Shown here one piece after another: positions 11,364-23,097 of a stretch of DNA of 32,696 nt. The translations under genes and the position numbers were made by a program. This stretch comes from Octopus bimaculoides. Lineage: Eukaryota. Location of the stretch: contig NC_068998.1 in the NCBI RefSeq assembly GCF_001194135.2, forward strand, positions 49,437,426 through 49,470,121. The letters run 5' to 3'. Position 1 is the first letter of the stretch; each line of letters begins with the position of its first letter. The notes under the pieces were generated by a model. The model searched no databases. It was not told where the DNA came from and saw nothing but the letters and a program-made list of their open reading frames with translations.

Positions 11364-11489
11364 ATATGCTCGTAGGTACTTATCCTATCGCTTTCTTATG
11401 TCGCTAAGCTACGGTGACGTTCACAAACTACATCCGTCGGCAAACTGTGGTGACGGACAAAGCAAACAAAAGACCCCGCCTCATATTTA

Positions 11490-11492
11490 CAC

Positions 11493-11566
<74 letters not shown>

Positions 11567-11593
11567 ACACACACTCACACACACACACACACT
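11490..11593. repeat. (CA)n microsatellite
   Basis: Direct reading. Confidence 0.95.
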
Positions 11594-11594
11594 C

Positions 11595-11730
11595 ATGGTT
11601 AAAGCATCGGTCTCCCAATCATGGAGTAATGAGTTCGATTTTGCGGACGAGACTGTGTGTCGTGTTCTTGAGCAAGACACTTGATTTCAAGTTGATCCGG
11701 ATCTCACAGCTGTAGAAATGACTTGCGACG
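11595..11730 (+). mobile_element. SINE head/core following (CA)n
   Basis: gagttcgatt B-box and gttcttgagcaagacact...cagctgtagaaatga, shared with 19770-20080. Confidence 0.6.
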
Positions 11731-12360
11731 TGAAGCATGACGACGTAAGGTAGAACTTGTTGACAAGAAAGTCTGACTATCATACGATTTAGTACCAGCA
11801 GCTAGTCTACAGAAGAAAAGGACAAACACTTACACAGTTTATAATGTGTTCAATTTTAACTAAAGGGATCCATGAATATTTCACGAAATTAATAGTAAAC
11901 CTATTGAGTTATCCCTAAAATCTTTCTCCAAAAAGACTGAAGGTGTAGACTGTGTCGTGTCTCTATGATAAGGAAGTCGCCCATCAGCTATTTATTGAAG
12001 AGTTAAGGAAATTGGAATACGATGAATACTTAATGCACTTTATGTATATACTTTATATATTTATGCACAATTTTATAGACTTAATACACATCACGCGTAA
12101 AATAGATATTCACACTTATTTTTCCATAAATCCTATGAACAGAAAAAAAAATTGCATTTTAAAATATAAATGGTCACAATTTCTCCTCTGTATGACAACA
12201 TTCAACTAACATTTTAAATCTTTTAATAGATATTGCGTTCCGCCTACGAGATGTGATGGACGCTTCTCCGTATATTCTCTCACCAAATTTCTCTTTCTCT
12301 CTTTCTACCTCACTTTTCGTCTTATATTCTTCTCTCTTCTTTTTAATTCTCTTGTTTTCA

Positions 12361-12630
12361 CTTTCCCTTCGACTAATCATGTGAGGGCGTTAAAATTAAG
12401 TTAACTTTACTTCACGCCATGGACGCTTCTCTAACCAACTTTTTATCCAAACACGTGAAAGCGTTACCGACGTACTAAGTAACGTATGGACAAGCAGAAT
12501 TATTATCAGATTTATTACAAACTTTATCTTTATTGTTTTAGTTGTATTGTAATTCTTCTTAAATGTTGTCTCTAATCTCAGCTCATCCATTTCATCTATA
12601 TGGTTTCATTCCTTATTACTATTGAATGTA
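12361..12630. repeat. Conserved block present three times (also about 22030-22290 and 31409-31580), with CACGTG-AAAGCGTTA and CATGGACGCTTCT motifs
   Basis: Direct sequence similarity among the three sites; one copy lies upstream of each paralog. Confidence 0.8.
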
Positions 12631-14365
12631 TTTTAGGTATGAATAACATCAACATGTAAAAGAATTTTTAAGACCAGAACATCGCTTTTGTAACGAAAAA
12701 CTGCGTTGCATAACCAGAAGAGATATTTCTGCACTGCAGCGAGCAATGTAATTCATTCAATAGGTCCCACTGAACGTTGCAATAAATACATATTTAAGTA
12801 TACGCTACATTCAGTATCCGTTTTTTCTGCTATACACAACAAACACTGAGGATTTCCTCACATAGATCCAGCGACAAACAGCGTGGAAGACGACAGGCAG
12901 CCATGAGCAGTGAACGTAGTTTGCCGGCATAATACTAGGAGCATACACAAAATGGAGTTTCAATGATAAATTTAAATCTAAACTTTAAATGTAATTTATA
13001 CGTATACGTGTGCACAAACACACACGGACAAATATATATATATATATATATATATAGATATAGATATATATATATATATACATACATATATCCACTCTGG
13101 ATATTTCTTAGTTTCCACTCACAGGCGTCTGTCGAATCGGGACCAAATTTTCCTTGCAGTTGGACTGAAACTGGAAACAAATGTGTTGCTGAAATGCGCA
13201 CTTGTTACCACGCACTAACACCCGCACTTGTGTTGAAATTTATTTGCATTGGTCTGATTTTAAAGCTTTTGGTTTTGTCTTTTGTAAACATTCCATAGAA
13301 TTTTCTTAAATTTCTCCCACTTTCGGTCACTTGGTAGTTTGCGCCGTAAGCACTATTCCTTTTGTGATTCTAACAGTATTAACGTGTTGAGTAACATGGC
13401 CGTACAGACAGGAGATTGTGGCATTATATCCTGCTCACCGAAAGTATATTCGTGGAATGTTACATAAATCACATCAGTTTTTCGATTTTCACATACAAAG
13501 TAAACTTTTATATCAGAGCAAATTATCTGAGATAAAAATTTAAATGTGTTCCTAATACTTCAACGTCCAGATATACATGATGTTAATGCATTTCACACAA
13601 ACATATGATCTGACAAGTTGACATTATCGCTGCAAACAATACCCTCTAGCAATCTCCTTGCACCCATTTGAGAGAAGAAATGAAAATTTAAGAAATTTGT
13701 TCTTGCTACGAATTTATTGGCTAATATTTAAAAAAAATTAACTTTCGATAGTTACTCCTTTCGTGATACATGCTTTCTCGTACAGCTGAATTTGAGATAA
13801 AGCAAAAGGAAAACAGTTTGCATGTTATATATTTCTTTATATATCATTAATATTATTCAATAATGAGGAACTTCACTGCCCGGGTTCAGAATATTAGTCA
13901 GCATTCTCCAGATACTGTAACGTGACAAAAATGTGTTCATTAGAGTGGTTTTAGCAGAAGTATTTATTATTCTTTGAAATAAACATGTAATTCTGATATA
14001 AGCGTAATATTTAAGGGAAAAAGTATTTTCCACTGATTTCTGTGCGTTTTCTCGTGTTTTAACCCTCACCTCTCAAAAACCGTTGTTTGTTTGTATACGT
14101 CCCCGTATCATTCTCCATTTGACAAATGGTACCCGACGAAAATACAAGTAAATATGAAAAAGAAAGGCATATCTACATTACTGTGCTAATGTTGTACTTA
14201 GATATCACACGCATTTTATATAGCTTACTTAGTGTATATGGCATTAAGATTGTATTGGGAAGTGAGCGAAACCATAAATAAATGATAAGCAATAGTAAAA
14301 TAGGGACATTTACATTAAAATTGCAATAATTACCTAATGTTAAATTGCTTCCACCAACTTAATTT

Positions 14366-14377
14366 TTAACGGACGTG
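14366..14377 (-). CDS. Paralog A exon 4 (HVR-stop)
   Basis: Acceptor attcatttcag|CAC GTC CGT TAA; the homologous position in B reads CGC GTC CGA TGA. Confidence 0.75.
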   Translation of the reverse strand, partial: HVR

Positions 14378-17127
14378 CTGAAATGAATATATATTAGGAT
14401 TGATATTAATACCCCCTATTCCAGGTCCATTTTCTAGCTCCGTCGATACTCTTATCAATTGGATAGAAGTTCATTACACTAATATTTATGTACTAAGTTT
14501 TAATTACCTGAAATATTACACGAGGAATTAATGGAGATTCTTATCTATTTCTTTAACGCGTTTAAATTTTGCATCACACTGTTTAAATCGATGCATAATA
14601 TAGTTTTTACTTATTGTGTGTGAAATTATGAAAATATAACAATTACAGGTGAAATCTCGGTAAATATGTTGCTTCGAATAGACACAGAAAATTTAATCGC
14701 TGTGCTCGTATTGCCATTATAACATCCATTAGCTAACGTTTGTGTTCTGAGTCAGAATCAAGAATCGGTGCTATAAGACATCTAATTGACACAACAGTAT
14801 AAGTGTACAGCATTTTGTTGTCCTGCGCAGCCGATTTAAAGGAAGACCAATATTTCAATGATAAATATTGTTTCGGGTTATGGGACAGAGCTTGTAGGAT
14901 AGGAATTTTAGTTTTTAAATACCATGATGCCAGTGGACTCTACGCATGTTACTAGCTCCATTATTTCGTGGAAGGTTTCTTTTGCAAACAACTAATAACC
15001 ATATACATTAAAAAATGTCATATTATTACAAATATGAATTTCAGTTGAATGAGAGAGAAAAGTTAGTATGCTATCGTCTCTCTGATTAAACTTGTGTAAG
15101 TGTCATTTAGAATTAATTACGCAGAAACAATGTAAATTAAAATAATTACCGTAGGAATGCATTTAGAAGTAAACAGGTTGTGGAAAATGTGACCACACTC
15201 AGCACGCACGTCTTTTAGGCAATCATAATAATAAATCCAACGTCTGTAAGATAAATACAACAAAAGGATATTCATTTCGGATATAAAGTAATCATTTATT
15301 AATATCATTGTCAAGAAATGGTAGAACATTCCTTCTCGGACTACGAAAGCATACCATACATCGGGTTCTTAAATCTGTGCTTGCAGAGTGCTTACTAGTT
15401 CATGCATATAAAGCATATACTGATTTGCATTGAATCGAATTCTCTTGTAACCGAAAGTCTTCTGTTTCACGTGCAAAATTTCAATACTTGGGTGAATGCA
15501 TAGAAACTTCTACATTTTGTATATTTGTCAGAGCACTTTTTCTGATTACAAAGGAGACAAAATATGGTATATTAGATAAAGTATTTTAGACTAATATCTA
15601 ATGGCCATGATTTAATAGCAATTAATATCTATACTTATCCACTGATAAGTTTTGGTATTGAAGCAATTTCGAATATTCAACGCCATTCCTATATTTACAC
15701 CTTCAGGGATCGGAAGAATTTTCGAACCAATGGAACACGTAGATTTAATAACGGTATAGTTAAATTGTTTCCGTTATTTGACCGTAAGCATGCTGGGACA
15801 ACGCCTTGTAATTGAAGGAATTGAAAACTGAAAGCCAAGCAGAAACGATCCCTTGTATTCGCTAGCTGAGTAGATTGGAGCAGCGGGAAATAAAAGGTCT
15901 TACTGAAGGACACCACACTCCACCAAATATGGCATTGTGAACCTTACGATTATGAGCCGAGTACACTAACCATTAAGCCACGCTCCTTTCAGAGTACAAG
16001 TCATTTCGTAAATAAAGATTCCCAGTAAGAATCCAATCAAAGAAAAATACAACCTCAATATAGGGATGATGTAATTGTCTGTCAACACATTCTGCTTCGT
16101 TCTGGTACTGTATGAGTATCACCCATATGGTTATAATAAATGCGTTTCGACCAACCAGCTTGTCCACGACAAGTGCCAACCGCTTGGTTAATCACTTGGA
16201 CAAAATCTTGCAACTTGTGTACCTCTAGTATTGTTGCGGTGTCCTCTAAATCAAAGAGGACAGCTGCCACCAGCCGACATTTATTTCAGGAGGCACATCC
16301 ACACGCCGACCAAGATATGTCTGCTCGACTAGCAATTCCTCCGTTTATTAGGAGTACTTCATTGGAAAGCACACTTCCACAGTGCCGAAGTGCTTTCCAC
16401 TTGTCACATACGTTTCGTTGGTCCAAACTGCGTTTAGAGCCATTTCCAACTGTTGTTGAGTGGTTCGTTTTATCCTTTTCTTCTTTGTCTTTAAAATTCT
16501 GTTGATTACCGGTTTTCGATTGGTTTCCTATAGGAAATCCTGAGGGCTGTTAAGGAGAACATTGTTTCCGTCCTTCCTCAGCAAGCCCTTCGCATTATTT
16601 TTATTTCATTAATTTTCAAATTTATTATTTCTTTAGTTTTCTTCGTCAAAGAGGCAACACCATTGCCGCTTGATCTATTGCGGTTCGTGTATCTGGTGGT
16701 GTCAGTGTCATTCTGTTTTTCTTTCTTTTTCTTCGTCCTTCTCCTGTGCAGAAACAATACGGGCAGTGAGAGCGTTGAAGACCTTGTTTAACTGTTTGTT
16801 GAACCTCTCTCTCTCTCTCACACACACGCTCAGTCTTTATTGTTGATTTTTTTTTAAACTTGGACAAAGTGGTTTTTTAGCCTCCAAAAGAGGGCTTGGC
16901 TTTTTCAACAAAAACTAGCTCTTTATGCGGGCAGCCAGCTAGTAACAAAAGTTAAACAATAAAACAAAAGTTCGACAATGAAATTTCAAACAAATTCAGG
17001 AGTTCGAAAACGCGTGGCGTACCGCGATGAAAACAACAACAAGAACAACAACAACAACAGCAACAGCAGCAACAACAGCAGCAACAACAACAACAACAAC
17101 AACAACAACAACGACAGCAACAACCGA

Positions 17128-17198
<71 letters not shown>

Positions 17199-18004
17199 GT
17201 ACACGCATTGTGCATTGACTAATGGAGATCTATGGTTAGCTCTTGCTGAATTCGTGCAATAACTTATGGCCAGATTTTGACACATGCTTAAAGCTGCAGC
17301 ACCTAAAAGATTTGGGATTTATTTATTAATAATTAGTCATACATATATTGAGTGTACAATCGTTATGTTTAAAAAAGAAAGCTAGATACAAAACAAAAAT
17401 AACGAAGCTAACTTCGGGTCCCCATGCTCTCAGTAGTCTATTATAATAAGTGTTTTATGAATGATATCACTGTTGTCCTGCTTCCATTATAACTTCACAG
17501 GTGACGATGTGGTACAATTATTTGGTGATTCTTTACTACAAAATATTTGGAAGGTGAAAATATTTATAATTTTGACATTTTCTTTTATTCTTTTATTTCT
17601 TTCATGAATTTGACTGCGGCCATGCTGGAACACCGACTTTAATCGAACAAATAGAGTAGAAAAGATTATTACAATTTGATATATATTAATCTGGCAGAAT
17701 CGGTAACACCCTGGCAAAATGATTAGCGGCATTTCGCTCGGAGTTCAAATTACGCTGAGATCTACTTTGCCCCTCGTCAATTCGAGGTTGATAAAACAAG
17801 GAACAGTTGCGCACTTGTGTCGGTGAAATCGATTTACTCCTTTCGCAAAACATCAACGTTTGTGCATGTGATAGAATTAATAGGAATGGCTGTATAGTAG
17901 CACGACTGCGTGGCGCCTTGGGCAAGTGTCTTCTATTATAGCCTCGAGCCGACCAAAGCCTTGTGAATGGATTTGGTAGAGGGAAGCTAAAAGAAGCCCG
18001 TCGT

Positions 18005-18043
<39 letters not shown>

Positions 18044-18754
18044 CACGCAGGAAGTAAATAGACACCTTCAATTGAAATGCAATCAATAGGTAGGACTACA
18101 TACTTTAGTATTTAGTTGACATTCCGTTTGAAGTTTTTTTTATTCAGAAACTCATTTTGCCATTGAACTGATGAGCTTTGTGATTGCCTCTTGTGGAATT
18201 TGTGCCAACTTTTCACGCAACAATCGATACACTTTCATTCGTCCTCATAAGACTTAAAATTTCGCAGCTTTCTAACAGAATCCCATATGGTACAGATTCT
18301 TCAATGGAAAATGGGATTCTTAGATAAAGGCGATTCCAGTCCTGGTGTTAGGAGCGAGAGTGCATTTCAGAGACACCAACATTTCTTTGGCAGCATGAAT
18401 GTAGAAGAGTCTGGTGTTCGACGGGGTTCTGATTGGACATGGAAGCGAAGTGGAGGAACACTGGTGAGTGTAAGTGTGTGTCTATATACACCATGTATAT
18501 TAACATGTGGGTATATGATTGTCTTATTGGTTTCATGGGTGAGTACGTGTGTAATCTTTTGTATGGGTGTATGGATATGCATGTCTTAATGTTTGTTGTA
18601 TACGCATGCGTGCTCGAACTGGCTTTGGGTGGATATATGGAGATATGTGCTGAGGTGTGTAAGTTCTGGAACTTGTGCATGAAAGTCTGAGTGCATCTTT
18701 GTCTGGAAAAACATATGCATGCGTTTGTTTTGCATTGTATGTGCATGGGTGTAC

Positions 18755-18799
<45 letters not shown>

Positions 18800-20103
18800 T
18801 ATCTTCAATAAAAGGCGGCGAGCTGGCAGAAACGTTAGCACGCCGGGCGAAATTCTTAGCGGTATTTCGTCTGCCGCTACGTTCTGAGTTCAAATTCCGC
18901 CGAGGTCGACTTTGCCTTTCATCCTTTCGGGGTCGATTAAATAAGTACCAGTCACGCACTGGGGTCGATATAATCGACTTAATCCGTTTGTCTGTCCCCT
19001 CTGTGTGTAGCCCCTTGTGGGTAGTAAAGAAATAATACATATCTTTAACGCAGGTGAATACTTGAAGAAGAATGGGAGTTATCTTAAATGGTTCAATGAA
19101 TGTAAATTGTACATAAGGAATTCCTATATTTTTCTTAAGTTATCTGGACCAAAATTATTGAATAAGTTCACTGTCGTAATCATAAATTTTTTTCTACATT
19201 TTTGAATATATACAAAATTAAAATTAAGCCTTATTAGATGACTTCGTTTTCAAATCGAGTAGTGATCTCTGCAATCTAGCCACGCATTTGACTGTGATAA
19301 AAATATAAATTTTTGAATAAACGTTGCTGATACAATCATGATTTTAAGTTTTTTTTTTAAAACTTATTATTATTCTAAAGCCTATTAATTTTTATTTCGT
19401 ACGCACCCTATATAAGCGTTTGTTTTTTGCTATTGTAATTATAATGATGGATTTACCAGAATGGGAAACTTCACTGATGAAGATATATCTTTTTGACCTA
19501 CCGATTTGGTGATTTAAAGAGTAATGGATAGCGTCAGTGACTCTTGAAGCGTCCGTAGAAGTGAATTTATTCTTACATTATTCTGGATTCATTTTACTTT
19601 TGGATATTCGATTGATGTTATCCCGGATTCACTTTACACTTAATAGTCTAACTATATTATTTTTTATCGCCTCGCTATGTACAATCATTTTTTATTCATA
19701 TATGCATTTCTTCTTTAAAGTCTTTGTTACAGTATTTCACACGTTTTTTTTATATGTGAAAATATATGTATATTTTTATACCGATTGTGGGGTTGTGAGT
19801 TCGAATCTCGGACCGGGCTGCGTGTTTTGTTCTTGAGCAAGACACTTTATTTCACGTTACTCCCGTTCACTCAGCTGTAGAAATGATTAGCGACGTTACA
19901 AGTGCCAAGTTGAATCGGCCCCTTTGCCATTCCCTTGGATAACACTGGTGGCATGGAGAGGGGAGGCCAGTATGCATGGGCGACTGCTGGTCTTCCATAA
20001 ACAACCTTCCCCAGACTTGTGCCTGGGAGGGTAACTTTCTAGGTGCAATCCCATGGTCAGTCATGACCGAAGGGAGCCTCAGCATATACTCTATCTATCT
20101 ATA

Positions 20104-20152
<49 letters not shown>

Positions 20153-20499
20153 CTCTCTCTCTCTCTCTCTCNNNNNNNNNNNNNNNNNNNNNNNNNNNNN
20201 NNNNNNNNNNNNNNNNNNNNNNNNNNNNNNNNNNNNNNNNNNNNNNNNNNNNNNNNNNNNNNNNNNNNNNNNNNNNNNNNNNNNNNNNNNNNNNNNNNNN
20301 NNNNNNNNNNNNNNNNNNNNNNNNNNNNNNNNNNNNNNATATATATATATATATATATATAACTTCATTTCTATCTAATTACTTAATATATGAATATAGC
20401 TTCTCTGTTTACACAGCAGATGTAAATATGAAAAACAGAAAATATTCAACATTACGACTTACCTGCAAAGAGAAGACAAAAGCAGAATAAAGTTTTCAT
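14366..20499 (-). CDS. Paralog A: 4-exon gene, secreted six-cysteine peptide, 80 aa; complement(join(14366..14377,15150..15243,17203..17302,20463..20499))
   Basis: MKTLFCFCLLFAGAAALSMCQNLAISYCTNSARANHRSPLVNAQCVRWIYYYDCLKDVRAECGHIFHNLFTSKCIPTHVR*. Exons are 37+100+94+12 = 243 nt; all introns GT-AG with phases 1,2,0. Exon sizes and stop position are identical to B, with no indels between the two CDSs. Confidence 0.9.
15150..15243 (-). CDS. Paralog A exon 3 (RWIYYYDCLKDVRAECGHIFHNLFTSKCIPT)
   Basis: Acceptor ttttgttgtatttatcttacag|A, donor ACG|gtaatt. Only this frame is open in both A and B, and five codons differ synonymously. Confidence 0.9.
15830..15986 (-). mobile_element. SINE inserted in intron 2 of paralog A only
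   Basis: The minus strand reads ggagcgtggcttaatggttag...gtgtccttcagtaagacc.tttatttcccgctgctcca; absent from the B copy. Confidence 0.6.
16090..16860 (-). mobile_element. L1/Tx1-like LINE ORF1 remnant in intron 2 of paralog A
   Basis: Broken frame KHFGTVEVCF...VDVPPEINV.W..AAVLFDLEDTATILEV; orthologous to 26550-27600. Confidence 0.65.
17030..17196. repeat. (CAA/CAG)n-(TAA)n compound microsatellite at the start of intron 2 of A
   Basis: Direct reading; shorter orthologue at 27813-27873. Confidence 0.95.
17203..17302 (-). CDS. Paralog A exon 2 (GAAALSMCQNLAISYCTNSARANHRSPLVNAQCV)
   Basis: Acceptor tcttttag|GT, donor TGCGT|gtacgt; open frame conserved with B and C. Confidence 0.9.
17690..17800 (+). 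mobile_element. Decayed SINE (same family as 18814-19035)
   Basis: ctggcagaatcg...ttagcggcatttcg...gagttcaaatt...ctttgcc. Confidence 0.55.
17905..18040 (+). mobile_element. 5-prime-truncated SINE with (TA)n tail
   Basis: ctgcgtggcgccttgggcaagtgtcttctattatagcctcgagccgaccaaagccttgtgaatggatttggtag...gaagcccgtcgtata. Confidence 0.7.
18814..19035 (+). mobile_element. Well-preserved tRNA-derived SINE
   Basis: ggcggcgagctggcagaa...gagttcaaattcc (B box)...ggggtcgat..aataagtaccag. Confidence 0.75.
19770..20080 (+). mobile_element. tRNA-derived SINE with (TATC)n/(TC)n tail
   Basis: gagttcgaatctc B box plus the cttgagcaagacactttatttcacgtt core. Confidence 0.7.
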
Positions 20500-20800
20500 G
20501 TCTTTTCTATTATACGTTAAGATAAACGAATGGTGCTCTGGCAATCAACACTGTTATACTGTTACATGTAATGACATACAGCGTAACATATGCCAGGCAC
20601 TAGTAAAACAAAACGGCGCAATTCAATTGAGCCTGTCATATTAAATTACGAGTGACAATAGTTCTTTCAGCTGAATAGTTAATTGTCGAATAACGATCTG
20701 CACGTGGATAGAGAAATAAAAACTTACAGTTGAATATTTATTTCTCTCTTTAGAAAATTATATAACCTTTAGTCGTTAAACTGAAGCATAACGTTTTTTT
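20380..20800. repeat. Duplicated exon-1/proximal upstream block (homologous to about 30935-31400)
   Basis: Shared runs such as acttacctgcaaagagaag, aataaagttttcatgtcttttct and ggatagagaaataaaaacttacag. Confidence 0.85.
20463..20499 (-). CDS. Paralog A exon 1 (MKTLFCFCLLFA)
   Basis: M-K plus a hydrophobic core; perfect donor GCAG|gtaagt; conserved at 30991-31027. Confidence 0.9.
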
Positions 20801-21028
20801 TTTTTCATTCGTGTTTTATATTGAAGTGCCACTAAACTGGGGCACAATAATGAAGGCTTTATTAAACAAATTCACCTCAGTACTTATTTTTTAAGACTTC
20901 TGCTTTGTTTATTGCCACTTAAACTACACACTCTAATCCCTCAAATTTCTTGCCGATCAAAAGTATCATAGTTTAAATGAAGATTTGAATCCCTGTTGCA
21001 ATCATTATTATTATTATTATCAGTATTA

Positions 21029-21072
<44 letters not shown>

Positions 21073-21149
21073 GGAATTCTGAATAACACTAGCAACCTCA
21101 CATATAGGGGAAAGGCACCTCAGTTGCTTGGGACGCACGGATATGAAAT

Positions 21150-21925
21150 GCTGCAATTCAGGGGAGTGGATAATTGTAAACAGTAAAGAAAAAAGAAAAT
21201 TATAAAGAACATCATCCAGAAAGACAATTCAAAACACACCTCAGAAGCATAACACACAATACTCTAACATAAGCACCAATCTCCGCTCTACTATCCAATC
21301 TACCATCACTAACATCATCACCAGCATCACCACCACCAACAACGACAACAGCAACACCTCCAAGATCACCTCTATTACCAGCAACAACATCACAACATGC
21401 CAAACACATCTGAAACTTTGTCTGCAAAAACAACCAAAGCAAATACATCAGAAAGACACAATCGACTCTAACGAGGGATTCTATCAAAGAGTTTATATTC
21501 TCAGAGAAGCGCCCAGAACTTGGCACAAGAACTCGACACAAGAATTGAGCAACCACGTCACTTAGAAAAACAATGGAAATGGAACATGAACAAAGCAGAA
21601 TGTATGAGGTCTTTGCCTCCTTTCAGACACTTTACTCAACAAAGCTGCACAACAGAATAGACAGTATAAATGTACATGGACAGTTGCCGTTCTGGAAACC
21701 TGAACACCCTTACAAGGACCTCACGTCATTGAACATAGATTTGCTAGCCATCAAGTCTAGAATATAGGAGGCACAAACCATCGCACCCATTATAGCAATC
21801 TCGAGGTGTACGCATCTCCAAGATATGGAGGTGGTGTCACTCTGTTATTTCGGAAAGTCTTGGATCTTATTAGAGGGACCGTCTTTCTGGATCCAGAAGA
21901 TAAATTATGCCTACCTGATGTCATG
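21150..21925 (+). mobile_element. L1/Tx1-like LINE fragment (ORF1 low-complexity end plus start of the AP endonuclease), upstream of paralog A
   Basis: EVYASPRYGGGVTLLFRKVLDL..TVFLDPEDKL resembles the GGVAxLFRK..LDPEGR segment of L1-type endonucleases; absent at the homologous place upstream of B. Confidence 0.6.
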
Positions 21926-22745
21926 TACACTTCTCCGGCTTTTTTTCTCTCCGTCATTTCTTTTCACTCTCTTTCTGCCTTCTTCTTCGCCTTATCTCCC
22001 TTTTCTCTCTCCATTTTCATTCTCTTGTCTTCATCTAATCACGTGAAAGCTTTTAAATTACGTTCCCTTTAACTCAGACCATGGACGCTTCTGTCACACT
22101 CTTTTATCCAATCACATGAAAGCGTTACCGACGTACTATGTATCGTAACGAAAAGCAAAACTATTATAAGATTTTTTACAAACTTTATCTTCCTTTTTTC
22201 GTTGTATTGTAATGTTTCTTAATTCCTGTTTCTGTCCCAGCTCTTCAATTTCATGTTTTCTATCCCATTCCTTATTCCTCCTGAATGTAGTATATNNNNN
22301 NNNNNNNNNNNNNNNNNNNNNNNNNNNNNNNNNNNNNNNNNNNNNNNNNNNNNNNNNNNNNNNNNNNNNNNNNNNNNNNNNNNNNNNNNNNNNNNNNNNN
22401 NNNNNNNNNNNNNNNNNNNNNNNNNNNNNNNNNNNNNNNNNNNNNNNNNNNNNNNNNNNNNNNNNNNNNNNNNNNNNNNNNNNNNNNNNNNNNNNNNNNN
22501 NNNNNNNNNNNNNNNNNNNNNNNNNNNNNNNNNNNNNNNNNNNNNNNNNNNNNNNNNNNNNNNNNNNNNNNNNNNNNNNNNNNNNNNNNNTGGACCTACG
22601 TAATTTATACTGATAAATTACGTAGGTCCAAGTCCTGGAAGGTGAGGCCGGTTGGGTGAATGAGTATTTTTTGGAAATGGGTGCATTTTCAGACCTTCTT
22701 TCATATATATTTCCACTCGTACGGTATTCCACAACTTTACTTTAT

Positions 22746-22778
<33 letters not shown>

Positions 22779-22785
22779 ATATACA

Positions 22786-23097
22786 CAGGTTGTCCCAAAA
22801 AGAAGTACTCACTCTTTAACGGACGATTACTAATATATTGTATTTTTTTGTTGTACGGGTTTACTTCGATGCAACAAATCCAAACAAATGGATTCGGAGG
22901 AGAGGTAGTGTTGAATTTCCTACACGTTCCCCGACCTCTCGCCAATGGATTTTTAAAACTTTTTATGGGGACATCTCAAAGATAAGGTTTACGCTGCAAA
23001 ACCAGTGACAATTGATGATGTGATATATGAAATTCGAATACAATGTCTTGCAATTCCAAGTGAAATGTTTGGCAATGTTGCCGAATCCATTGTTGGA
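22786..23097 (+). mobile_element. Tc1/mariner-superfamily element remnant (TIR-like start plus C-terminal transposase piece)
   Basis: caggttgtcccaaaa after a TA run; FPTRSPDLSPMDF.FLWGHLKDKVYAAKPVTIDD corresponds to the SPDLxPxDFxLWG third-Asp motif. Confidence 0.75.

Larger units (their letters stand above)
13470..17630. repeat. Tandem segmental duplication, copy 1 (3-prime half of paralog A)
   Basis: Collinear with about 23097-28330 at roughly 80% identity by eye (for example 13/77 mismatches at 17303-17379 vs 27980-28056). The copies differ by TE indels. Confidence 0.9.

Noticed and set aside
11828-11905. Exon-like stretch on the minus strand (FTINFVKYSWIPLVKIEHIINC|gtaagt)
   Set aside because: Weak acceptor, no partner exons, no similarity to the family.
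13118-13430. Minus-strand segment ending in a gtgagt donor (..QLQGKFGPDSTDA)
   Set aside because: All frames have stops, no good acceptor, no recognisable homology.
6500-13470. A fourth intact paralog between C and A
   Set aside because: No match found to the diagnostic junctions (TGCGT|gtac, ttacag|ACG) or the Cys pattern. One could still be hidden in the 9050-10017 gap.
15117-15329. Single-exon ORFs MFYHFLT... and 24748-25056 MPSTDIR...
   Set aside because: They are read-through of intron sequence around the real exon 3; only the 94-nt core has splice signals and coding-type conservation.
15390-15540. Candidate extra exon before the gtaagc motif in intron 2 (also 25048-25220)
   Set aside because: A and B differ by a 1-nt indel and stops, and the phase would create TAA with exon 3; exons 2 and 3 already join in frame.
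18287-18475. Plus-strand ORF MVQILQWKMG... with a CTG|gtgagt donor-like site
   Set aside because: Isolated inside intron 1 of A on the antisense strand, absent from B, and with no recognisable motif.
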